Positions 25,087-64,000 of a stretch of 64,000 bases of DNA are shown piece after piece (the first letter of the stretch is position 1; each line of letters opens with the position of its first letter). A program made the position numbers and the translations under genes. Where the stretch lies: the NCBI RefSeq assembly GCF_036321535.1, contig NC_087445.1, positions 76,694,001 to 76,758,000 on the forward strand. The letters are read 5' to 3'. The stretch is from Camelus dromedarius. Taxonomy: Eukaryota. Under the pieces are notes generated by a model. That model did not search any database. It was given only the letters and a program-made list of their open reading frames with translations, and was not told the DNA's origin.

Positions 25087-25719
25087 GGCCGGGCCTCGGG
25101 CAGGGCAGCGTGCACCTGGGACCCAGAGTCTGATGTGAGCATCCCAGCCACCCACCCTCCATGCCCCCGCCCCAGCAGGACGTACAGATCTCCAGAGATC
25201 CCCCTTCTGCCAAACTCATTCACCCAGCCCTTCGCACACAGGTGCCCTGCTGGGTCTCCTCCGGCTCTCTCCCTGGGACCCCAGACAACACCTTGCCCCG
25301 CTCTGGCGCAGTCTTCTCAGAGGCCGGGCCCACGCACGTCCGCGAGAGGCCTTAGGCGCTCCACCTGCCCCTGCCAGCCGCCTCCCCGCCACCACCCCCA
25401 CCCTCCCCTCACCTACCCTACCCCTTCCGAACGCACTTTGCCTTCACTCCCCCTCCGCCTCCGGCGTCTCCAAGCCGGGACCCCCGAAGGCCGCCCCACG
25501 AGGCCTCTGGGCTCCTCCGCTCCGGGGTTTCTGCTGGGACCACCCTCCCACCTCGCGCCAGGCGCCTCCCGGCTGCGCGCTCTGGGCAGGGTGATCCCCG
25601 GCCCGGGCCATGGAGCACGAACCAGAGCCCGAGCTCGAGGTTGTAAAGCCACTTTGGGGTAAATCACACGGGAAGGACGCCAACCCCGCCTCGCAGCCCC
25701 AACGCCCACACCTGGTGCG

Positions 25720-25994
25720 CAGAGCAGGGGCCCGGCGGGCACCTGGCCGGGGCGGGGACGAGCGCGCGCCCCTCCCGGAAAGTCCCGGCTCCCGGGCGCC
25801 TCTCCGCGCAGGCTGCCTGCAGCTCCGACCCCCTCGCCTCGCTCTAGGCACCGCCCCCGACCGCGGAGTAGGAGAAAGGAGTCCTGCCGCTTTAAATCCG
25901 AAATCCCGCGCAGGCGCCAGTTCTCGCGATCTCGGAGAGCGCATACATATTACCCACAATTCCCTTTTCTTTCTCTCTCCGCCCGCCGTTCAAG
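25720..25994. promoter_or_regulatory. Bidirectional CpG-island promoter between MED22 (-) and RPL7A (+)
   Basis: Head-to-head genes in CpG-dense sequence. Has an NRF1-like CGCGCAGGCGC (25907-25917) and a BANP-type TCTCGCGA core (25922-25929). The MED22 non-coding first exon is not mapped exactly; candidate donors are at 25710-25711 and 25411-25412. Confidence 0.8.
25961..25980 (+). promoter_or_regulatory. Polypyrimidine TCT initiator / 5'TOP tract of RPL7A
   Basis: An uninterrupted 20-nt pyrimidine tract (tcccttttctttctctctcc) ends 14 nt before the ATG. This is the standard arrangement for ribosomal protein genes. Confidence 0.85.
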
Positions 25995-29286
<3,292 letters not shown>

Positions 29287-29319
29287 GTGTACCCTACCAA
29301 GTTTTCTGTACATAAAAGG

Positions 29320-29325
29320 AATAAA
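29320..29325 (+). terminator. RPL7A poly(A) signal
   Basis: AATAAA 33 nt after the TAG stop. Confidence 0.9.
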
Positions 29326-29594
29326 AATTCTTCAGCCAGTGTTTGGCATTTTGAGTCTTATTACCAGTAAATAATGTTTGGGATGGTGGCAAGTGTATTT
29401 TCAAATCCAGGGCCCTTAGCCCTCATAGCAGGCAGCACTTGTGTCAGACTTAACTGTAAATTGCTTTGCAGTTATTCCAAAGGTGAACTAGTACTTGAAT
29501 ATGAATATTCTGAACCAAGCCGGGATCTTACGATTGCCCAGTAACTGGCTCGTCTGGGTAGAAGGGAAGGTATTACACATAGCAGAGGTACTTA

Positions 29595-29600
29595 TTTATT
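29595..29600 (-). terminator. SURF1 poly(A) signal
   Basis: AATAAA on the minus strand, ~90 nt after the TGA stop. Confidence 0.85.
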
Positions 29601-29690
29601 GATACCAGTGGTACATGATCAACATAAAACCAGATCTCTTGGGATAGCTTCCTAATTGTTCAGGAACAGGACTCCCAACAGCTGATCACA

Positions 29691-32600
29691 TCACACACCC
29701 GGAGTCCGACGTACGAATTTCTGAAACCACAGGTACGATGTAGCTGCACAGAGTCCATACCTTGGTTAGAAAAAAGTGGACACCGTCAGAGCAGGGAGTG
29801 GGGTGGGGGGAGCAGGGAGTGGCTGGGGACTGGGGCTCACCAGGTGAGGATGTACTGCAGGTGCTCATTTCTCAGAGTGACTCTGGTTTGCCCTCCGATA
29901 GGTCCCCCAGGGACTGTGCTCTCTGTCGAGAGATCGGGCTCAGTGTCCTCACCATTCCTTGTACCACCAGCTTCTTGGCACTTAACTACCAGCTGTTTTC
30001 TTGGAACCGTCCATAACCCTCTCCCAGAGCTATCTTGCCATCAAGTACCCCCACCCCGGCGTTACCCTCAGCACCTGCCAAGCGGGGTCAAGCATTTCCC
30101 ACTCAGCATGCACACTAGAATACACGGACACAAGTACTGGGAGATGCTCAGGGTACTTGCAGAAGCTACTTGACTGGGGCGGGCTGGTCAGCACGTACTG
30201 AAGTCTGCGTCGATGAAAATGGGCTCCGCGCCCGTGAGCCTGGCCATGGCTGCCAGGTCCCGGTAGTGCCAGTGGTTCCTCTCGGGGTCGTTCTCCGGGA
30301 CGAAGGGCTTCCTGCTTTCCGTCAGCCTCACCGTCCCAACCAGGTCCACTTCTCCCTCAACCTACAAAGGAAGGTGCCAGACTGCCCTTCAGGGCCCTGG
30401 GTGGAGGCTGGACGGCTCCCCCAGCGGCAGAGCGCCTTACCTGGCCTTTCTGCCGGGTATCAGGACTGACTTTCTTCCTGGGCACAAAGCCTCTGTTTAC
30501 CAGGATGGTGATTCTAGAGTAAGGAAAGCAGTCACAGATAGGGGAGGGGTTTTGAACAAGTGACCACTAGTGGTCACTCTGGTACCTCCAGGGACAACAG
30601 TGTGAGGAAAGGGTTTAAAAGCTGGTTGAGCTGGCTGTGGGAGTGCCCCCAACCCATGAGCACCATCGGAAAGTTCTTCCTCTTGAGGCCGTGTCTCCAT
30701 TGGTGAGGGGACCCCCCACCTTTTCGTTTTACTAGCCCCTTGAAGTTAACACTCTCCCAGGCCCCACCACCAATCTGCTTTCTTTGTGCTCCACCCACTG
30801 CAGCGTGCAAACAGTGACCAGCACCTCCTTGCTGCCTCTCCTGTGAGCCGACGACCAGGGCCCTGGGGTTTCGTGTATGTGTCAGCATTTGGGAAGCCGC
30901 TCCAGTTACTGATCTTGCAGTCACCCCCCACACCGCCATTCCTTATTCCTTTCCCTGGAATACTCTTCCCATCTCTTCATTCACTTTTTGGCCAAAAAGC
31001 CCCCTGGGAAGCCTTCCCTGACTTGACTCCCGCCATGCGGACCTGGGGGCACCTTCCTCTTGAGTCCCTCTTGCTGGCCGCTCCACGCAGCACCATGATC
31101 GTTAACCCTGGCGGCCACGAGACAGTCTCTCCAGAGAGGCCTGTTTGATTCACCTGCCTGCCTTCCCCTTCAGAGCTCAACATGCAGGAGCTGTTCGGTA
31201 ACAAGTTAAAATAAGTGGCCTAATTTCACAATTACAAATTTCAAACTCTTCAAGGAATGGGACTTATCTGGGTATCTTGGATTCCCCAGGGCTGGGGTGA
31301 GAAGGCAGATGAGTGTGCCCCGCTGGTGTCTGCCAGGCCCAGTCGGGCCCCTGCACCCCACTCACCCCAGGTCAGTGCAGTAGAAGGGAGTGATAACGTA
31401 GGCACCACTCTCGGCCGACGAAGAGAGCCGGCCGGCCTCGCGGGCCTCCCGGGCAGGGTCCACCATGGTCCGCGGCATCATGTAGAGCTCCTTGGAGTGG
31501 TCAAAGTGCCCCCTGACCTTCACCGGCCTGTACTCCAGGTTTTTCAGTTCCACCGGGCTACACGGGAGAAGCGGAGCTGAGGCTGAGCAAGGTTTGGCAG
31601 CAAGAAAAACCCTCTCGAGGGTCCACGAGCCATGAAGCCTGCTGCAGCCTGCGAAGTGACGTAGGTGCCACAGAGGCATAGTGGGGACTGTCCTGCCGGG
31701 AGGCATGCACCACCCTCTAAAGGAGAAAGCTGACCTCTCTGTTGCCCTGTGGGAATGTGGAGCTGTGCTGCCAAACAGCCCAAGTTTTGAAGAAAAGCTT
31801 ACAGACGTGGACTCTGAACTGAATGAAATATGGGGGCCCAAACCGCCATCTGCAAGCCGAGTACGACCCATTTGTTTGCTGCCTTGAATGGAAAGCTTTG
31901 TGACTATAGCCGTCCCTGCAGAACAGTGCTTTTATTTTTTTTTTTAATATTTGTTTGGGGGGGAGGGTAACTAGGTTTACTTATTTAATAGAGATACTGG
32001 GGATTGAACCCGGGACCTAATGTGTGCACTCTCTGCTACTGAGCTCTCCCCTTACCCTCCCCCCAGGACAGTGCTTTTAAATAAGGGGAGAGGGCAGCAG
32101 GGTCACTCTGGGCACATTCTCAAAGGACCACTCTCATGTCAAGACATGTGTCTGCCCTCACCCAGCAGCTAAAATTACTGCTGCAGAAGACCATCAGCCC
32201 TGTGAGGGATGCCTTAGTGGGCCTGGGCCTGGGCCAAAGCTGAAGCCCAGGTTCAAAGATTTTTCTATAAATGTCAGGCAGCTTCCCCGAGGGCAGTAGG
32301 GGGTCAGCAGGAAGCCCAGCAGGACCACTGATTTTGAGGGCTCCCAGCAGGGTCAGGAAGGCCAGCAAAAGCCAGGCCCCACTGCTGACCTCGAGTGAGC
32401 CCAGCCCCGGGTGGGCAGCCACACACACTCACTCTGCGGGCAGCGGGATGGGCTCAGCCAGGACTCTTGATTCGAGCTCTGCGATCAGCTTTAGCTTCCA
32501 TTTCCGGCGCTGGACCTACGGAAACAGCGTGAGCCCGGGTGAGTGGCAGCAGAGTCAAGGGCTCAGAGCCAAGAGCGCAAGAGGTCAGTCTTTACCTGCC

Positions 32601-33854
32601 ATGTCCCCAGACCAAAGGCAGTCACAGGAATGAGAAGCAGAAACCACTGGAGAAAGGAGTCGTCTTCTGTTTTTGTGGCAGTTGCTTCGGCTGAAGAACT
32701 GCCAGACCTGCTGGGCCTCCAGGCCAAGCCTAGGAGATTTCACCACACTGGCATGGGGTCAGAAGTCCCGGAACAAGGAACTGGAACAGTCAATTCCTCA
32801 AAACTGCCACTACTGCTCGAGAGAACGTTGTATAGGAGTGCACAGGCCACAAAGTGCAGCCAGGAGTCAACCAGCAGCACCTGTGCCCAGCCCAGCTCTA
32901 AACCCAGTGCCTGAGCAAGGCACCCACTCTGTGGATGTGCACTGACTGCATGAGATCTAGGGCTTAGTCCTGGCTCTGCCACCAACCGCGACCTTGGGGT
33001 AATCCATGTAACCACGTCACGCCTTTTGTACAAGAAGGCGCTGAGACATCTGCTAACGCGCTACGACGCACAGGTATGGCTCCGTGTTACGAAGAGACAG
33101 AACGGGATACACGCAGGATAGTGGTTTACAGAGCTCTCAGGACAACTCTTCTATTTCATGGCTCATAAGTTTAAAGTGGGACAAATGTACACAGAAAGTA
33201 CCTTACAGTTTTCAGAGGGTGATTCACACCGAGAGGCTCATGGGCCTTGCGGATGGCAAAAAAAAAAAAAAAAAAGCAGGCCTGGAGCAGGCTTACAAAA
33301 TACCTTCACGTATGCACGGCGCTCTACACACAAATGCCCTTTGCGGTACCTTACAAGCTACATGCAAACTGGGTGACTAGTTACGCCTTCCTTAAGGATC
33401 CCAGGCGGTTTCCGTCGGGTTGGCCCCGCATCAGCCCTAGGAGGCGTACGTAGGGCAATTACTGCACGTCTCCGGCCGAGCGCGTCGCCCCGCGGTGCGG
33501 GAGGAGCCAGCCCGCAACCGGGACAGGATTTAGAGGCTCAGGCCGCAGTTCCAGAGCTGATCGCAAGGCCCCCGGCCCCTCCGGCAAGTGGAGGGCACGG
33601 GCCGGGCGGCTTTCCCCAGATGCCCGAGGCACACCTGCACGAGTCCTCACCTGGGCGCGCGGCGATCCCAAGGACGCTCCTCCGGACGGCGCGGGCCGGG
33701 GCCTGCGGAGACGCGAGGGGCTGGCTGAGCTCGTCCGGTAGGGGCGCGCGCCCCCCCTGCCCACCCGACCCCGCACCCGGCCGCCCCGCCCCGGCCGGCT
33801 CACCCGCCCCAGCCCAGCCGCGCGCAGCACCAGCCACCGCGCCACCGCCGCCAT
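29691..33854 (-). CDS. SURF1: SURF1 cytochrome c oxidase assembly factor, 299 aa, 9 exons
   Basis: Exons 33854-33804, 33702-33651, 32729-32596, 32515-32433, 31557-31366, 30513-30441, 30361-30199, 29922-29841, 29760-29691 total 900 nt. Motifs include [40 protein letters not shown] and [15 protein letters not shown]. Confidence 0.98.
31935..32067 (-). mobile_element. tRNA-derived SINE (camelid vic-1-like) in SURF1 intron 4
   Basis: The antisense strand carries Pol III A/B-box remnants (…gggttcaatccccagta). A 12-bp TSD ACAGTGCTTTTA lies at 31923-31934 and 32068-32079. Confidence 0.85.
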
Positions 33855-33980
33855 CGCCCCGCCCGCCGGCGCGCGCGCTTCCGGGGCCCGGAGGCATCTG
33901 CTTCCGGAGCGCGCCCAGCCCCGCCCCCAGCCCACGTGGTTCGAGCGGCGCTCGGCTTCCAGCCCCCCGCGCGCCGAGCC
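33855..33980. promoter_or_regulatory. SURF1/SURF2 bidirectional promoter (126 bp between the start codons)
   Basis: TATA-less and CpG-rich. Has two CTTCCGG ETS cores (33878-33884, 33901-33907), a CACGTG E-box (33933-33938) and GC boxes. Confidence 0.9.
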
Positions 33981-38210
<4,230 letters not shown>

Positions 38211-38212
<2 letters not shown>

Positions 38213-38216
38213 TAAA
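38211..38216 (+). terminator. SURF2 poly(A) signal overlapping the stop codon
   Basis: In GGT TAATAAA, TAA is at 38210-38212 and AATAAA at 38211-38216. Confidence 0.8.
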
Positions 38217-38554
38217 CGGCTGCTGGAGAAAATATATCCGCGAGCCTTCGGAGAGTCCTCCAGGCGTCTCCCGTCTTTCTCAAGCCGCCTACCACGCATC
38301 CTCAGAAGTGCGGGGCTGTCCCCAGATCTGCTGCCCCCGAAAGCAGGGCTGGGGGTCTGTCCCACGGATGTCAGGGTCTCACCCCCATCCCCAGGAAGCG
38401 GCAGGGACCCCGAGGGAAGAGTTCTGTCTGCACGTGGTCTTCGGTGAAGCTTAGAGGGGACACCTGGCTCACTGCGGCCCCAAGGAGAGCCCTGGCCAGG
38501 CTCCAACTGGCTGGACAACACCAGAGGTCACACTGCATACAACAAATGCCATTA

Positions 38555-38560
38555 TTTATT
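38555..38560 (-). terminator. SURF4 poly(A) signal (3'UTR ~2 kb)
   Basis: AATAAA on the minus strand in an AT-rich block at the distal end of the 3'UTR. Confidence 0.75.
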
Positions 38561-40584
38561 TTGATGTGTCTCCAAGAATCAAAATGTTTTCAAACACAAC
38601 TAAGATATAAAATACAGCATAAAATAAGGTTTATACCTATTCCCCACATAAAGCAGAAAACTTGTTCAGAAGTTGTTTTTCCAAAACCAACTGGTCGATC
38701 GTTTTCTTCTTCTCCTTGTGTGGCATCTACCCCCATCTGGAGCACTAGGCCACTGTCACTTGGCCACCAGGGGTCAATCTCAGTTATACAAACCGAACAG
38801 GTCTTCTAAGCACAGGGCTGAGGACCCATCCCCTGCCAAGAGCCATGCCACGCATGGAGCGCCTGTGACCTGGCAGAGTGTACCACTCACTGGGACTGTC
38901 GTGTGTCGTGACGGGGAAGCAGGTGTGGACCCAGGGACCTCCCAGCCCAGGTGGAAACCGAGTCAGAAACCCCCCTTCATGCAGGAGCATCCCAGTGAGT
39001 GAGGAGAAAAGCCCGCCCGTCCTTATGAATACTCCGGGAGTAGGGAAGTGGGCCATGGGGGGTTAGGCGCATCTTGGGATGACCTCTGCTGTGGCTGGGA
39101 CATGGGGGTGGGGGGCTGAAAAGGTGGCCGTCACTCCCCTTGGGTTAGCGGGTCCAGGCTGCAGAGGGACCAGGGGAGCTCCTAAGAGCACTGACGGCCA
39201 GGGCTGGCCCCACAACGCGCCGCAAAGCTGACCGGGGTCCTGGGGTCGGGGTGTGCTCCGCACCTCACCCTGGCTCTGGTCTGGGAGGTAAGCGTGGAGC
39301 CTGGCTCAGGACTGGCTCCAGCAGCCCTGGGGGGTGGCCCTCAGGCTTGCACCCCCAGCTGACGAGACCAGAGAAGAGACTGGCCCCAGGGCCAGGCTTC
39401 TGAGGGGCCTCCAAGCAGAGCCAGCCTCACCTCGTCAGTCTGACCCCCGGAATGCCCCAGGGAAGGGCCGCTGGAGGCACAGGGATGTTCCAACTCAGCT
39501 CGAGGGGGACAAGCGAACAACAGCGACAGGCGCTCACGCCCCCCCAAGAAGAGAAACACAGTATAAGGCAATGTTAGAAAACTTTAAATACAGGATCAAG
39601 ATCCAATCGGTAAGGCATCACAAATCGTAAAAACTAACTTGGGCTGCGTTCAGCAGAGCGAGTAGGCAATCCGAGCAAGCAGCGGCCTCGTGAGAGCAGG
39701 AGGTGGTGGCTGCGCGGCAGGAGGGGCCCCTCAGCCCCTCCGCCCCGGGCAGGCCGGGCGGTGCGCGGCCCCGGCTGCAGCCGCGACTCTGGGACAGGTC
39801 AGCGTGAGGTAACTGGTCTGAGAGCCCGCTCTGGCCGGCCCCGGCCCCCTAGCTGGGCAGACGAGCTGCCGGGCCGGGCAGCGGGGCCCTGTGGGCTCCG
39901 GGTGGCTTCCCCGAGGACCACCGTCCCCACCGTGAGCCGCCCCCGGGGATCACCCCAGAGCTGCTGCAGTCTGAGCCGATGTTCTGACTAGCGCCTTTCA
40001 CCAGCAACGGCGGCCGCAGCTGCCCCTTAATACTGCCTTATCCTTTGGGTTTGGGGCTTTTCTGAACGGTTTTTGCTGTCCCTATCACGTACCGCAGCGC
40101 AGGGCGGCAACGCGGAGGCCGCGGGTGCGGTTTTAACCCGGTGCTGATGTTGGGCTGGGCCGTCCCAGATCATTTAGTAGTTTTAGCTAAAAACGTAAAC
40201 TTTTAAAGAAAAAATAAGAGGGAGACTGCTTTGAATGATACACAGATGTATCTGCTCACAGTACAGCTTGAAGGTCCCCCGCCCCCAAAAAGAAACAAAA
40301 ATAGGACTGAGAGGCCACAGCCAACCAAGCTGCTTGCCCCGAGAAGCCGAGGCCCCGCCGGGGGAGGGGGCGCTGCCCGCGGGCCGGGGCTCCGAGTGGT
40401 CAGGGACCAGCTGTGGGGCCAGAGCCGGGCTGGCCATCAGTTATCAGGTGTCTGTGAATAAAGTTCTCAAAACATCTGTGCCTTTACCAAGGGAGGGAAG
40501 GGGAGAGGATACATAAATGCTGGCGGTTAGGTCGAATCCACCCGAACCATCCTTGGCAGCCACGGTCCTCGCAGACGGGGGCTG

Positions 40585-51138
<10,554 letters not shown>

Positions 51139-51657
51139 GGCGGCGGCGGGAGGCTCGGCTCGCTCTCTCGCTCGCTCCCTCGGCGCCCGCGCCCGCTGCG
51201 GCCTCCACAGGAAGTGCCCGGCGGCCGGCCTCGCTCGGCGTCCGCGGCTCCAGCGGCTGCCACGTAGGCCAAGCCTTAAAGGGGCCGCGCCGCGGGGCCC
51301 GCCCCGGCCGCGCCTTAAAGGGGCCGCGCGCCGCCCGCCGCGCTCAGGCCCCGCCCCCACGCTCGAGGCTCCGCCCGCCGCGCTCCGGCCCGGCGGTCCC
51401 TGTGAGGTGCCCGGCCCTGGGGCCCGCCTGCGACAGGGACGCGAGGGCGCCCCAGCGGACACCGTTCGGGCAGGGTGGGTCCCCAGGCGAGGCAAGCGCC
51501 CGGGGCTGAGGGGCGCCCCGGGTGGGGGATGGGCGCACACCGGACGCGGTCCCGACTGAGCATGCTCAGTCGCGGGTCCGACTGCGGCGCGGGCTAGCGG
51601 TGCCCCCAGCGCCCCGCGGAGGGAGAGGGAGGCCGAAGTCTCCCCTCAAGACGCACT
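51139..51657. promoter_or_regulatory. SURF4/STKLD1 divergent CpG-island promoter
   Basis: Head-to-head start codons 519 bp apart. Has an ETS CAGGAAGTG (51208-51216) and a duplicated GCCTTAAAGGGGCCGCGC motif. Confidence 0.8.
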
Positions 51658-63853
<12,196 letters not shown>

Positions 63854-64000
63854 TGAGCGCAGGCTCTGGGGCCTCACTCCGCTACTCTTACCTTTCAGCG
63901 TCTTTCCATTTCAATCTGTACGTGGCCACTGGGGGTTTTAACGCCACAAAGCGCTCATCACACGTGCCCTGTCCACCCAAGGACAGTGCCTCCTGCGTCC

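Overview
Mammalian nuclear DNA containing the Surfeit locus: SURF6(-), MED22/SURF5(-), RPL7A/SURF3(+), SURF1(-), SURF2(+), SURF4(-) and the first nine exons of the pseudokinase STKLD1(+). I reconstructed every exon by hand from GT-AG junctions. All six Surfeit CDSs are complete and in frame (358, 200/140, 266, 299, 258 and 269 aa). The first ~13 kb is a nested stack of L1, LTR and Tigger remnants with some unexplained unique sequence. A ~140-bp tRNA-derived SINE resembling the camelid vic-1 type suggests a camelid genome (inference). There are two N gaps (664-802, 55325-55592). The locus is well known, and I found no new multi-gene system. The most interesting observations are in the RPL7A intronic snoRNA array. 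It holds five C/D-box units where human has four. An extra SNORD24 copy in intron 1 keeps both 28S guides, while the copy at the human position (intron 2) has lost one guide. The SNORD36B-position copy keeps both an 18S and a 28S guide but has a damaged box C. Secondary points are a pure (GCG)8 polyalanine tract and GC-biased drift in SURF6, an in-frame stop that appears to turn the STKLD1 N-terminal extension into a uORF, and several promoter and 3'UTR motifs. All comparisons with human sequences and rRNA targets are from memory and need checking by alignment.
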